Below, piece by piece: positions 1 through 11,747 of a stretch of 64,000 nucleotides of DNA (the first letter of the stretch is position 1; each line of letters opens with the position of its first letter). The translations under genes and the position numbers were made by a program. The DNA is taken from assembly GCA_016186765.1 (NCBI GenBank), contig JACPLD010000001.1, positions 133,647 through 197,646 on the forward strand, in the 5' to 3' direction. Origin of the DNA: Candidatus Kaiserbacteria bacterium (GTDB lineage: Bacteria > Patescibacteriota > Minisyncoccia > Phycocordibacterales > UBA2100). The notes under the pieces are model-generated. The model worked only from the letters and a program-made list of their open reading frames with translations. It ran no database searches and had not been told where the DNA came from.

Positions 1-281
1 TCCTCGAGAGTCCATGCGACGACCCTGCCAAGGCGCTCCGTCAGGAGTTCGATATCGAAACGGGTCTCGTACACTTCGTCTTCTTTCCTCGTAAGCAGAT
101 CGATAAGCAAGGTCCCAACGCCGCCGTCTTGGAGAACTTTTGCGACAAAGGTATTGCGCGGCGAGAAGCGGCTCGAGCCGCTCCCATGCGCGAACACGAC
201 GATACCCCTCGCACCTTTCGGTAGGACAAGCGTGCCGGGAAGCTCGATGCCGTCAACCGCTATGTTTATTTCCCGCTTCAT
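1..281 (-). CDS. alpha/beta hydrolase (dienelactone-hydrolase-like), truncated by window edge
   Basis: Minus-strand translation from ATG at 281: MKREINIAVDGIELPGTLVLPKGARGIVVFAHGSGSSRFSPRN... (HGSGSSR motif). Overlaps the 3' end of the next gene by 29 nt. Absent from ORF track because it runs off the window. Confidence 0.5.
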   Translation of the reverse strand, partial: MKREINIAVDGIELPGTLVLPKGARGIVVFAHGSGSSRFSPRNTFVAKVLQDGGVGTLLIDLLTRKEDEVYETRFDIELLTERLGRVVAWTLE

Positions 282-906
282 GCGCCAGTTTCAATAGCCT
301 GATAACCTCATCGTCCTCGACTTGATCAAACTTCATGTAGTGCGCGCCGACTGCTCCCATGAATGTTTCCGGCGGCTCGAGCACGATCGTCTCATCGGCA
401 CCTTCATCTTTGAGCGCGCGCAGAGCCTCGGCAGGTGCAACGGGAACAGCAACAACGATCTTTGAGGGCTTCAGCGCTCTCACGACGCGGACTGCAAGCT
501 GCATCGTGAGGCCCGTCGCGATACCATCGTCGACGACGATCGCGATTTTTTTCGCAAGAGGTTCGGCTCTCTTCTCGCCCCGGTACACACTGCTACGTCG
601 CTTCGCTTCATTCATTTCCCTCTCGGTTTCCACTGCAAGCCACTTCTCATCCAAGGTCGCCGCCTCCGCTTCATTTAAAATTCTCGCTCCACTTTCGTCG
701 ACGGCACCGATCGCATATTCGGGATGGAATGGATGACCGATCTTACGCACCGCGATAATGTCCAGAGGAACCGAAAGTGCACGAGCGATCTCGAATCCGA
801 GGACAACGCCGCCGCGCGGCAGCGCAAGCACAACTGCGCTTTTGCCGCCATACTGCATGAGCTTTTTGGCGAGCTGTCTTCCCGCATCTACCCTGTCCCT
901 AAACAT
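253..906 (-). CDS. phosphoribosyltransferase-domain protein
   Basis: ORF track 217 aa; type-I PRTase PRPP-binding motif IAIVVDDGIATGLTM; coding-like codon usage. Confidence 0.8.
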   Translation of the reverse strand: MFRDRVDAGRQLAKKLMQYGGKSAVVLALPRGGVVLGFEIARALSVPLDIIAVRKIGHPFHPEYAIGAVDESGARILNEAEAATLDEKWLAVETEREMNEAKRRSSVYRGEKRAEPLAKKIAIVVDDGIATGLTMQLAVRVVRALKPSKIVVAVPVAPAEALRALKDEGADETIVLEPPETFMGAVGAHYMKFDQVEDDEVIRLLKLAHEAGNKHSG

Positions 907-1188
907 GCCCCAACTCTACCACTGCACGTTTCGTTTTCTATTGCGTTTTGCTTTTCTATGCTTGCGCTTTGGCTGCATCATCGCCTCTTTTGTCTTGCCC
1001 TCAAGGCGCGGCGGACGCGTTAGGTGTGATACCTCTCTAATCTCACGCTTGTCGCCTTTTGTCGGTTTCAGTTTCATACGTGCTACTGTACATCCATCTT
1101 ACACTCGCGGGTAGCATAGGCAGGCGCTCACGAGCGGGAGCGGGAACGGGAGCGCGGCATCTTAACTTTTAATGCTACGCCCGAGACA

Positions 1189-1833
1189 TCACCACCAGTA
1201 GGAGTACGGATAGTTGTAGGAGGACGGGTACTGGTAGTACTGGTAATACGGTTGGTAGTACTGGTACTGCTGGTAGTAGGTCGGTTGATAGTAGGGGTAC
1301 TGTTGGTAGTAGGTTGCCTGACACGTGTTCGTGCCGCCGGGCCCGTACACCGTCATCCTGTAGGTCGTGTTTGGCGCGGGGTAGACAGTCCTCGAGCCGT
1401 ACGTCGCCACAACGCCGACATCGGGATAGATGTATGCCGAGCTCGCTCCGCTCGAAGACCACGAGAGCGTCGCCGGTTGGTTGTACCAGTAGCCGTACCC
1501 GTAGGACGAGCCGCCGTACGATGAGGTCACGGTGATGGTGCACGAGGGCGTCGGATACGCGTACGCGTAGTTGTAGTTCATGTACGGATAGCTGTATTGG
1601 TAGTTGTACGGATACGTGTACGAGTACTGATAAGGATTCGTATAGGTGTAGCTGTAATTACCTGCCTGTCCGGTAGGCAGGTACGAGCTGCACGGGTACG
1701 AAGACCAGTACCCAGTCTGTCCACTTTGGCACCAGTAGGGCGTCGTGACGGTCTGCGCAGCCGCAAACGCAAGCGGCACAAGGAGGAGCATGAGAGCAAT
1801 CGAAATTACGGCAATGGTGTGTGTTGATTTCAT
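1189..1833 (-). CDS. secreted tyrosine-rich low-complexity protein
   Basis: ORF track 1189..1890; probable start at internal MKSTHTIAVISIALMLLLVPLAFAAAQ (signal peptide), followed by Y-rich repeats (YSYTYPYNYQYSYPY... YYQQYQYYQPYYQYYQY). Confidence 0.55.
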   Translation of the reverse strand: MKSTHTIAVISIALMLLLVPLAFAAAQTVTTPYWCQSGQTGYWSSYPCSSYLPTGQAGNYSYTYTNPYQYSYTYPYNYQYSYPYMNYNYAYAYPTPSCTITVTSSYGGSSYGYGYWYNQPATLSWSSSGASSAYIYPDVGVVATYGSRTVYPAPNTTYRMTVYGPGGTNTCQATYYQQYPYYQPTYYQQYQYYQPYYQYYQYPSSYNYPYSYWW

Positions 1834-1967
1834 ATTGGCCACCTGTTTGCTGATAACTATTGCACTTCTGCACTTACTTTCTGATAACATCGACCTTTAC
1901 GATAAGAACCCGGATGGGGTTTCCTCGCACGCGCCCTATTGTGCGCGTGCGAAACAGTCTTTGCAAC

Positions 1968-2567
1968 TCACCTCCCTTTTCGGCCAAGATCGTGCACTTT
2001 TCGGAGCCACTTCTCGCGCTTGTCGTGAGCAGGGTGTTCGGCTGGCCCATACCATGTGGTGCGAACGGAAAAGCCTGCGAACCACAAAATGCCCCACCGA
2101 AGCTGCGCGTTCACGTTGCCCGGCAAAAAGCGCACGAGGAGGGGGTGCGTGCCGCTCGTCATGACGATGCGCGCGGTCTTCCCGCGATACAGACGGTGCC
2201 AAAAGATCGTTCGCTCGCCGTTTCTGGTCTTGATGTAGCGGAACGCGGAGCCGGGGAGCCACGCGCGATCGAACAAACCCTTCAAGGCTGCAGGCATGCT
2301 TACCCACCACACGGGATACACGACTACGAAGTGGTCGGCCCATCCCACGTTCTTCTGGAACTCCACGAGATCCGGTTCCAGCTCCTGACGCTCGCGGTAT
2401 CCTCGGTGGAGGATCGGATCGAACCGCATCTCACCCACGTTCATGCGAACAATCTGATGCCCAGCTTCTTTCGCGCCTTGCACATACGCATCGGCGAGTG
2501 AGCCGCACAGACCGCTCTTGTCGGGATGCCCAAGCAAGAGAAAGACTTTTTTTGTGTTATGTTTCAT
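1968..2567 (-). CDS. NAD(P)H dehydrogenase (quinone) / flavodoxin-like fold (Flavodoxin_2) family protein
   Basis: 199 aa: MKHNTKKVFLLLGHPDKSGLCGSLADAYVQGAKEAGHQIV... typical of NAD(P)H:quinone oxidoreductase / general stress protein 14-like proteins. Confidence 0.75.
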   Translation of the reverse strand: MKHNTKKVFLLLGHPDKSGLCGSLADAYVQGAKEAGHQIVRMNVGEMRFDPILHRGYRERQELEPDLVEFQKNVGWADHFVVVYPVWWVSMPAALKGLFDRAWLPGSAFRYIKTRNGERTIFWHRLYRGKTARIVMTSGTHPLLVRFLPGNVNAQLRWGILWFAGFSVRTTWYGPAEHPAHDKREKWLRKVHDLGRKGR

Positions 2568-2991
2568 CGAATTCTCCTGCCGTATCGTGCTTGCCTACCA
2601 TGTGCGTGAGGCCCGCTCTGACGGTCTTCACGCTGAAATAAAATGAGATGAGAAAGATGATAGCGATGGCTTCTCGCAGCCCGAATTGCACCCACGTACT
2701 CTCCTGATAGCTATAGAGCGCCCACACCTCGTAGATAAACGCTCCCACTCCCGATGCGATCGCACTCGCGACAAAAACAAGGTGCTTGTGTGGACTTGCG
2801 AGCGCCGCGAGGGCGACCAGCACAAGCGCACCAACCACCACAAAGGGAAATTCAGTGCGCAACTCGTCGGCGTAAAATGGCGCTCCAATAAGCATCAGCG
2901 CTGCCGCGGCAATGAAGAGTTGGCGCATCTGATCTCCATAGTAGTGAGAAACGCGCGGCTCGGGTGGATACGGCGGGTAATAGTCGGCCAT
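2557..2991 (-). CDS. hypothetical integral membrane protein
   Basis: 144 aa ORF with several hydrophobic segments (LFIAAAALMLIGAPFY, FVVVGALVLVALAALA, AIASGVGAFIYEVWAL). Confidence 0.5.
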   Translation of the reverse strand: MADYYPPYPPEPRVSHYYGDQMRQLFIAAAALMLIGAPFYADELRTEFPFVVVGALVLVALAALASPHKHLVFVASAIASGVGAFIYEVWALYSYQESTWVQFGLREAIAIIFLISFYFSVKTVRAGLTHMVGKHDTAGEFDET

Positions 2992-2993
2992 GA

Positions 2994-3305
2994 TTATGAA
3001 TTATCTCTCACGTACCTGCCTTCGGCAACGGCAGCGAGCGTCTGTTGATCATCCTCAGGAGATGCGGCGTTTCTCCGCCTCACACCGCAGCGCGTACACC
3101 GGTGAATAATATCGTAGTGCGGCGAGCTGCCCTCGATTTGCACGGGCTCCATCAAGGCGCCGCAGGAAGCTGCGCGATCGCCCGGTTCGACGTCCACGTG
3201 CTTGCTCCAGAGGCAGCGCGGACAATGGTTCGAGTAGCCGCTTCCCTTCACAGCCGTACCGCATCTCTCACAGGTGAAGTCTTCAAGCACTTTGATGAAT
3301 GTCAT
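2994..3305 (-). CDS. RNHCP-domain zinc-ribbon protein
   Basis: 103 aa with the literal NHCPRC motif (SGYSNHCPRCLW) plus CxxC pairs (CERCG, CTRCG). Confidence 0.7.
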   Translation of the reverse strand: MTFIKVLEDFTCERCGTAVKGSGYSNHCPRCLWSKHVDVEPGDRAASCGALMEPVQIEGSSPHYDIIHRCTRCGVRRRNAASPEDDQQTLAAVAEGRYVRDNS

Positions 3306-3314
3306 GACGGCTTG

Positions 3315-5054
3315 CTACTTAACCAGTACTGATGCACTGCTCTCGAGGAGCGTACCCCCAGTGGCGCTACACTGCAAGGTAAATTTCCACGTTCCGGGAG
3401 TCGATGTCGCAGAGACTACGAGAGTCCTCGAGCCCTCATTGCTTCGCGCAAAGAGCGCATTGGCTCCTCCGCTCTCGACATACACACGGCAGGGATCCTG
3501 TGCTCTCACGCCGACACTCGACCACGAGACGACAAGTGGGTTCCCGCGCAAAACCTCTTTTGGCTGAACAACGATTAGGGCGGCAGGAGCGACCTCCGCA
3601 GCCTGCGAGGCCCTCCGCAATGCCTCTCGCAACTGCTCCGCGGCGGAGGAGGTCGCAAGCGGGGTCGGAGCAATGTGGCTGACCGGTCGGAGTTCATACT
3701 GTCCGGTCGCAGGATTGTAGACATATTGAGACTGCGGCTGCTGCGCAGACTGCGGAGCAATAGCCGGGTACCCTGCGCCGGAAGAAGGTACTCCACTTGT
3801 GGGAACACCGCCTCCAGAAGGTCCGTATCCAGCCGAAGCTCCAGAAGCAAACGGATTAGCGTTCGCAAACGGACTTCCCCCACCTCGTATGGCATAGTCT
3901 TTCGCATCGTAGTTGAAATTTGGATCGCCAAAAAGTCGGGCGAATTGTGCAGCATAGCTTCCGACGGTCGTCCCAAAGGCATCAGCCCTCCCATACTTCC
4001 CAACCGATCCTGGACCCCCAAACCACGCTTGGGCGGCAGCCGTGTGGCTCCCAAATTGATTCACGTATTGGCCGAATTTGTGCCTAAACACGGCATCCTG
4101 CAGGGCTGGGTTGCGGAGGAACTGTTCCGGTGTCGCGCATTGGCCAATTTCGCACGTCCACCTCCAAATATTATCTCCTCTGACCTGGTACGCGCCGTAG
4201 ACACATACGTTTGTACAAGTTCTAATCCCATACCTACCGCCGCTCTCCATGTACCGTATGACTTGCGCGGCTCTGCACAATTCGTCGCAAACTTGTCCCG
4301 CTTCTCCCACCGGAGCCGCACCAAGCGTTACGTCTCCCAAGTACGTCCAGTCATCGGTCCTCTCATAGTTGATCCGTTCGTTATCCTCATCCGGCTGCAA
4401 GTATTTGACATCTCGCAGGTCTTCGTTCAAACCTAATTCCCCAGCCGCTGCCCTCGCCCCCTCTCGGTCTCCGTCGATAATTTTTAATGCCAAATCTTTT
4501 GCTAGATCCGGATTTTCATTTACGTCTGCGCTGGTAATGTCAGATACGCCCATCTCTTGAAGCGCCTGTGCGAGCGCTTCCCGATCTGCGCTGGTCGTAA
4601 GATCAAGATTTCCAACCTGTTCGCGGGCAGTTGCACGATCGCTCAAATCAATGGGGGTGCGCAAGCATGATGAGATCTTCTTTTCGTAGTTCGGGTCGCA
4701 TTTCGAGATCGTGCAAGACTTTTTGACATCAACATAAAACGTAACATCCCCACAGCGAGTGGTTGGACAGCTGTCAACTTTACATGCATCCTCTCCGGCT
4801 CTCCGTGTGCTTCCAGTTGGAGTAATGGTGAAAGTTCCCTGCTCTGCGTCGAGTTTTATAGACTCGTGAACACATCGGTCGTTGGAACTCTTTATCGGCC
4901 CCTTGATATCCTCAAGCTTAGTGGCCGGCAGCTCCTTGTCCGCCGGACATTTAACGGATCCATCCTTGTAGGAGGTTGACTCTCCAACAGCTCCGACTAC
5001 AACAGGAATCAGCAACAGTGCGCCAAAGAGAAAAAAAGCGCGAATACGCATCAC
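3315..5054 (-). CDS. secreted multidomain protein: signal peptide, Cys-rich N-terminal region, putative lysozyme/lytic-transglycosylase-like core, C-terminal ~90-aa domain shared with the next gene
   Basis: 579 aa; MMRIRAFFLFGALLLIPVVVGA signal peptide; YMESGGRYGIRTCTNVCVYGAYQV resembles the ES...GLMQ catalytic motif of SLT domains (weak); C-terminal VVQPKEVLRGNPLVVSWSSVG...CRVYV...TPGTWKFTLQC is paralogous to the C-terminus of 5114..6478. Confidence 0.55.
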   Translation of the reverse strand: MMRIRAFFLFGALLLIPVVVGAVGESTSYKDGSVKCPADKELPATKLEDIKGPIKSSNDRCVHESIKLDAEQGTFTITPTGSTRRAGEDACKVDSCPTTRCGDVTFYVDVKKSCTISKCDPNYEKKISSCLRTPIDLSDRATAREQVGNLDLTTSADREALAQALQEMGVSDITSADVNENPDLAKDLALKIIDGDREGARAAAGELGLNEDLRDVKYLQPDEDNERINYERTDDWTYLGDVTLGAAPVGEAGQVCDELCRAAQVIRYMESGGRYGIRTCTNVCVYGAYQVRGDNIWRWTCEIGQCATPEQFLRNPALQDAVFRHKFGQYVNQFGSHTAAAQAWFGGPGSVGKYGRADAFGTTVGSYAAQFARLFGDPNFNYDAKDYAIRGGGSPFANANPFASGASAGYGPSGGGVPTSGVPSSGAGYPAIAPQSAQQPQSQYVYNPATGQYELRPVSHIAPTPLATSSAAEQLREALRRASQAAEVAPAALIVVQPKEVLRGNPLVVSWSSVGVRAQDPCRVYVESGGANALFARSNEGSRTLVVSATSTPGTWKFTLQCSATGGTLLESSASVLVK

Positions 5055-5113
5055 GCCTTATTCTACCGCGGGATTCGGACGAGAATTTCGAGAATGTTGA
5101 AAACCCCTAGCTC

Positions 5114-6478
5114 TCACTTCACAACAGCAGACGTCTCGCGCTTCAGCAACGTGCCGGAGGGCCGCGTGCACTCAAGCGTGAAGTTCCATACGCCGGGAGT
5201 CGTCGTCGCATGAGTGGAGATAGCGCGAGACCCCGCATTCCCGCGAGCGAGGATGGTACTCGCTCCCCCGCGTGAGAGGCTCACCTGACAGGGACTCAAG
5301 ACGCTCATGCCGACCGAAGACCACGAAACAAAGATCGGATTACCGCGCGTGACTTCTTGCGGCCGTACGACGATGGACGCCTCGGGCGAAGGTGATGGTC
5401 TGGGCGAAGCGGGTGATTCGGACGACCTGCGAGAAAATAAGTTGCGCAGGAGTGAAAAGAGACTCGAGAACAGATTCGAATTAGCGAACGGACCTCCACG
5501 CTGATACGAAGGACTCGCATACGGATAGCCCGTTGGATAGTACGACGAATCGTACCCGTAGAACGCATCCTCTTGAGCTGCCGAATCTGGAGGCGCAGCT
5601 TGTGTTGTTCCCCCTCTCTCAAAGGTATCTGGAACTGCTTGAGTCATCTCTTTTACAGAAGCAACCGTCGCCGGAGGAATCTTCTCAGGATCGATGTCAG
5701 ACAGTTTTTTAACGTCCTCCCGATTCAACTCCGGTACATTACTCGCAATTGCTTCCGCGCTCTGTGCGTCGCCTGACCTCCCTTTGGCAATAACATTTAG
5801 GACATCTTCCGTTTTTCGTGGGTCCTTGGCAATCTCAGCAGCTTTCTGTGGATCCATACCTACCTCCTCCGTTAAGAACTTTTCGGTTGCGGCTGCTCCA
5901 GCCGGTGGTGTAAGTGCCTTCGTAACTCCTTCTGTCACCGGTTTATCAATTTGCGGGACCGCCACGGGTTCCGCGGACGAAGGCGCCAGTGCCGCATGGG
6001 CACTGACAGGTGGAACATACTTGCTCAAATCCGCTCCGCCGCAAGCATCCTCAAATGCCCTCCTATAATCAGTAACGCACTTAGAAATCCTGAACACTGG
6101 CTTCTTGCAATTCCTATTGTACGTTCTGAGATCGATCGTCACCGTCGGCCGTCGTTGCCTCTTGCCGGGGTCACAACCCACCTCCTCAAGATGACTCGGC
6201 TCCGTACAAATGCACGTGATTCTATCGGTGAGTAAACCATAACCACTGAAAAGACCGGTCCTTTTGATGCTCAGCGTTACGACCTCATCGGTGCACAAAT
6301 TTGTGCTTCCAAAAAATCCACTCAGGGCCTCTGCAAATGTGGGCTTGTCAGTAACTTTATCAGAGGACCTTTTCGTGACAGTTCCCGGTTTGCAGACAGT
6401 CTGGTGCACTTGCAGGGATTCCGCCGTCGCTGCGGGCACAAGAATAGCCAACACGAGGAGAAGGCGTGTAATGAGCAT
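5114..6478 (-). CDS. secreted protein, paralog of 3315..5054 (shared Cys-rich N-terminal and C-terminal Ig-like domain; acidic/Pro-rich middle)
   Basis: 454 aa; signal peptide MLITRLLLVLAILVPAATA; C-terminal VVRPQEVTRGNPIFVSWSSVG...CQVSL...TPGVWNFTLEC aligns with the C-terminus of the upstream gene. Confidence 0.55.
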   Translation of the reverse strand: MLITRLLLVLAILVPAATAESLQVHQTVCKPGTVTKRSSDKVTDKPTFAEALSGFFGSTNLCTDEVVTLSIKRTGLFSGYGLLTDRITCICTEPSHLEEVGCDPGKRQRRPTVTIDLRTYNRNCKKPVFRISKCVTDYRRAFEDACGGADLSKYVPPVSAHAALAPSSAEPVAVPQIDKPVTEGVTKALTPPAGAAATEKFLTEEVGMDPQKAAEIAKDPRKTEDVLNVIAKGRSGDAQSAEAIASNVPELNREDVKKLSDIDPEKIPPATVASVKEMTQAVPDTFERGGTTQAAPPDSAAQEDAFYGYDSSYYPTGYPYASPSYQRGGPFANSNLFSSLFSLLRNLFSRRSSESPASPRPSPSPEASIVVRPQEVTRGNPIFVSWSSVGMSVLSPCQVSLSRGGASTILARGNAGSRAISTHATTTPGVWNFTLECTRPSGTLLKRETSAVVK

Positions 6479-6536
6479 TCCTTCATTCTATATTCCAAAA
6501 TGCGGTGTGCGCGAGGTCGTGTTGAGAACTGCGTCC

Positions 6537-6788
6537 TCAGAGAAGTACAACAGCGCGATTGCTGGAAAATTCCAGCACGCCGCTCTCAATGGGAAAATCC
6601 TTCGGCTCCTCCGTTAATTCACGGACTCGGATGGTTCCCTTCTTGAGCGTTGTCACCAGCGGTTCGTGGTGCGCAAGTACGGTCAGCTCGCCATCAGAGC
6701 CGGGAAAAGTGGCCGACACCGCCGGACCGTCGAAACGCGTTTCCCCGATGCTTGCGATGACAAGATGAAAAGTATTCGCTCCGCTCAT
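6537..6788 (-). CDS. atpC: F0F1 ATP synthase subunit epsilon (short form, N-terminal beta-sandwich only)
   Basis: 83 aa MSGANTFHLVIASIGETRFDGPAVSATFPGSDGELTVLAHHEPLVTTLKKGTIRV; lies immediately downstream of atpD. Confidence 0.8.
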   Translation of the reverse strand: MSGANTFHLVIASIGETRFDGPAVSATFPGSDGELTVLAHHEPLVTTLKKGTIRVRELTEEPKDFPIESGVLEFSSNRAVVLL

Positions 6789-6794
6789 ACTTAG

Positions 6795-8626
<1,832 letters not shown>

Positions 8627-8630
<4 letters not shown>

Positions 8631-9226
8631 AGAAATTCTGCTATGAGGATCTCTCTTGCTTTTGCGAGCGCTCGGCCGCGATGGCTATAGCGATTCTTTT
8701 CCTCGACGGACATTTCTCCGCCGGTTTTGCCAGCTTCATCGTAGAGAAAAATCGGATCGTAACCGAACGATCGCTCGCCTCTCGGTTCACGTGTGATGTG
8801 GCCATATACTTCTTCGCGGCACGTTTTTAGATCTCCCCTCGCTGGATCGTAGATAGCGATCACCGTAACGAATCGCGCCGTTCTCTTTTCATCAGGAACA
8901 TCCTTCATCGCATCAAGCAGCTTTCTGTTTCTGTCGGCATCAGTGCCCGGTACGTACCGAGCGCTCTGTATGCCGGGAGCGCCGTCGAGCGCATCCACTT
9001 CGAGCCCCGAATCGTCGGCAAGCGTGAGCATACCAGCCTTCGTTCCGTATTCTCTCGCCTTGATGACCGAGTTTTCCTTGAATGTCGCGCCTGCTTCCTC
9101 CGGTTCGAATCCTTCAAGCTCCGGTACATGGTTGATGTCAATGACGTTGAACGGAACCCCTTCAAACGCATGGCGTATCTCCGGCATCTTTCCCTCGTTC
9201 CGAGTCGCGATAAGTAATTCTCTCAT
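8627..9226 (-). CDS. rdgB: non-canonical purine NTP pyrophosphatase (dITP/XTP pyrophosphatase, RdgB/HAM1 family)
   Basis: 199 aa MRELLIATRNEGKMPEIRHAF...ADDSGLEVDALDGAPGIQSARY, characteristic of the Ham1/RdgB family. Confidence 0.85.
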
Positions 9227-9227
9227 G

Positions 9228-9253
9228 CCCTAGTGGCTATACCCTAGTGGCTA
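9228..9253. repeat. CTAG-rich direct-repeat element (ccctagtggctata x2) between the atpG stop and the rdgB start
   Basis: ccctagtggctataccctagtggcta. The same module recurs at 12275..12299 and, inverted, at 22051..22113. Confidence 0.7.
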
Positions 9254-9257
9254 ACGA

Positions 9258-10172
9258 CTATTTCATCGCCTCAATGCCAGAAGTGATCTCGGAAACTTCG
9301 CGAGTAATCGCGGCCTGGCGGGCTTTGTTGAAGGTGCGCGTGAGCTCCCCGGCCATTTCTTTCGCCTTGTCGGTCGCGTTCTTCATCGCGACCATGCGCG
9401 CGCTATGTTCGGATGCTTTTGATTCGAGCATCTTGTGGAATATGGCGATGTTAACCAGGCGCGGCACGAGAGCCGCCAAGACCTCGTCGGCATCCGGCTC
9501 GATCGTGTATACCGCTACCCCATTGCCATTTTCAACCTCGGCATACTTGCCACGCACCGGGAGGATCTCCTCGACCATGTGCTCCACAGCTCTTCGCGAG
9601 AGCGGCAGCACTTTGTGCACGGCTGGATGCTGTTCGAAAATTGATCGGAAATTTGTATAGGCGACGCGTACTTCGCGGACGCCTCCTGCTCGATACAGAG
9701 AAATCGCTTGGTCCGTGATTACGCGGAATTCGCGCTCGTCAATGGCATCAGCAATGTTCGTGTGAAAATGCACCACGTTGTATCCGCTACGGAGCGCAAA
9801 TTCGTATCCACGCTTCCCGAGACAAAGAAAAATGAGATCATCGCGTGAAAGATTCTCTTCTTTGATGAACTTCTCGGTTTCTCGGATGACGGCACTGTTG
9901 AGGGCGCCAGCAAGTCCTTTATCACTCGTGATGATGATGATCACTACCTTGCCCTCCGCAGGCACGTGCATTAAGGAGTGCCGTGCGACGTTCGTGCTGC
10001 CGGAGATACCGGCGAGCACCCGCAGTCCTGCACGGGCATATGGCCTGGAGGAAATGGCACGCTCTTGGCTCTTGCGCATCTTCACGGCGGATACCGCCTC
10101 CATGGCATGCGTGACCGTACCAGTCTTTTTGTATGACTGGATCTTCAGCTTAATGTTCTTTAAACTCGCCAT
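9258..10172 (-). CDS. atpG: F0F1 ATP synthase subunit gamma
   Basis: 304 aa MASLKNIKLKIQSYKKTGTVTHAMEAVSAVKMRKSQERA..., typical gamma N-terminus; conserved operon position. Confidence 0.9.
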   Translation of the reverse strand: MASLKNIKLKIQSYKKTGTVTHAMEAVSAVKMRKSQERAISSRPYARAGLRVLAGISGSTNVARHSLMHVPAEGKVVIIIITSDKGLAGALNSAVIRETEKFIKEENLSRDDLIFLCLGKRGYEFALRSGYNVVHFHTNIADAIDEREFRVITDQAISLYRAGGVREVRVAYTNFRSIFEQHPAVHKVLPLSRRAVEHMVEEILPVRGKYAEVENGNGVAVYTIEPDADEVLAALVPRLVNIAIFHKMLESKASEHSARMVAMKNATDKAKEMAGELTRTFNKARQAAITREVSEITSGIEAMK

Positions 10173-10175
10173 GAC

Positions 10176-11744
10176 TTATTTTTTCTCAAACAATTCCGGA
10201 TGCGCGAGCTTGAACTCTTCGATCTGTTTGTTCAGCTGTTTCTTAGTATCATCGGGGAGGTCTCCCGTCTTCTTGATTTCAGCGAGCACTTCGGAGCACT
10301 CGGCATCGAAGAATTCTGTGAGCTTTGCTTCGACGGCCGTGACACTCACGACGGGAACATCGGCAAAAAGCTTCTGCCCGGCTGCGTAGAGTATCGCGAC
10401 TTGCATCTCCATTGGGATTGGCGCGCCGTTCTTTTGTTTCAGCACTTCCACCATGCGCTGCCCCGAGGCTATTGCGTCGGCGGTGGCCTTGTCGAGATCC
10501 TGCGCAAACTGCATGAAGGCTTCCAGCTCGCGAAATTGCGCGAGTTCGAGCTTCAGGCCTCCGGCAACAGCCTTCATCGCCTTACGCTGAGCGGCTGACC
10601 CCACGCGCGAGACCGAAATGCCGACGTCTATTGCGGGCCTCACACCTTTGTTGAACAGCTCAGAAACGAGAAATATCTGACCGTCGGTGATGGAAATGAC
10701 GTTGGTCGGGATGTAGCCGGTGACGTCACCATCCTGCGTCTCGACAATTGGAAGCGCTGTGAGGCTCCCTCCACCCTTCTCTTTGGAAAGACACGCGGCG
10801 CGCTCAAGGAGCCGCGAGTGAAGGTAGAAAATGTCGCCGGGATACGCCTCGCGGCCCGGCGGCCGGCGCAAAAGGAGCGAGAGCTGCCGGTACGCGACGG
10901 CCTGCTTCGAGAGATCGTCGTATACGACGACGACATCCTTGCCCTTATCCATGAAATATTCGCCCATCGCAACGCCGGCGTATGGAGCGAGGTACTGGAG
11001 CGCAGCAGGAGAAGAGGCAGGCGCATCAACGACAATGGTGTATTCGAGTGCGCCGGCCTGACGCAGCTGCTCGACGATACGAGCTGTCTTCGATTCTTTT
11101 TGACCGATAGCAACATAGATGCAGACAGGGCGGGTTGCCTTCGGCTCGTTCCGCTGGCTGACGATGGTATCGATTGCGATAGTCGTTTTGCCCGTGCTTC
11201 GGTCGCCAATGATGAGCTCACGCTGTCCACGACCGATCGGGATCATTGCGTCGATCGCTTTGATGCCTGTTTGCACGGGCACCGAGACCGATCGGCGGTC
11301 AATGACACCCTTAGCTTCTCGCTCGACGGGCATGAGTGTCGTTTTTTTGAAGGGACCCTTGCCGTCGATCGGCTCGCCCAAGGCGTTCACGACGCGGCCC
11401 AAGAGCTCTTCGCCCGCAGACACCGAGAGAACGCGACCTGTGGATTTGACGGTCATGCCTTCCGTCACTCGAGCGGTGTCGCCGAGGACCGCGACGCGCA
11501 CCCCATCCTCTTCAAGATTGAGAATGAGGCCGTAGAGTTCTGTCTGTGCTTTCATCGCTTCCGAAAGTGGCTTCCCCTTTCCCTCTTCGAAAAGTACGAC
11601 CTCGCTCATCACTGCTTTCGAAAGTCCGTCGATCGCAACAACGCCGTCTCCGACGGCGGTGACCCGCCCGACGTGTTCGGCACGAGTGCTCGGCGCATGC
11701 GCCTCGATTTCTTTGAGTATCTTGTCAACGGTAGTACTGCTCAT
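10176..11744 (-). CDS. atpA: F0F1 ATP synthase subunit alpha
   Basis: 522 aa; Walker [16 protein letters not shown]; strong alpha-subunit conservation throughout. Confidence 0.95.
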   Translation of the reverse strand: MSSTTVDKILKEIEAHAPSTRAEHVGRVTAVGDGVVAIDGLSKAVMSEVVLFEEGKGKPLSEAMKAQTELYGLILNLEEDGVRVAVLGDTARVTEGMTVKSTGRVLSVSAGEELLGRVVNALGEPIDGKGPFKKTTLMPVEREAKGVIDRRSVSVPVQTGIKAIDAMIPIGRGQRELIIGDRSTGKTTIAIDTIVSQRNEPKATRPVCIYVAIGQKESKTARIVEQLRQAGALEYTIVVDAPASSPAALQYLAPYAGVAMGEYFMDKGKDVVVVYDDLSKQAVAYRQLSLLLRRPPGREAYPGDIFYLHSRLLERAACLSKEKGGGSLTALPIVETQDGDVTGYIPTNVISITDGQIFLVSELFNKGVRPAIDVGISVSRVGSAAQRKAMKAVAGGLKLELAQFRELEAFMQFAQDLDKATADAIASGQRMVEVLKQKNGAPIPMEMQVAILYAAGQKLFADVPVVSVTAVEAKLTEFFDAECSEVLAEIKKTGDLPDDTKKQLNKQIEEFKLAHPELFEKK

Positions 11745-11747
11745 ACC

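Noticed and set aside
41-256. 71-aa minus-strand ORF at the window start, plus several antisense ORFs inside atpA, atpD, ahcY, guaA and the PBP genes (e.g. 10818..12218, 20805..21326, 26716..27342, 52247..53881)
   Set aside because: They lie antisense to, or frame-shifted within, strongly conserved genes. Their R/S/P-rich composition is typical of spurious ORFs in GC-rich DNA. The real gene at the window start is the alpha/beta hydrolase in another frame.
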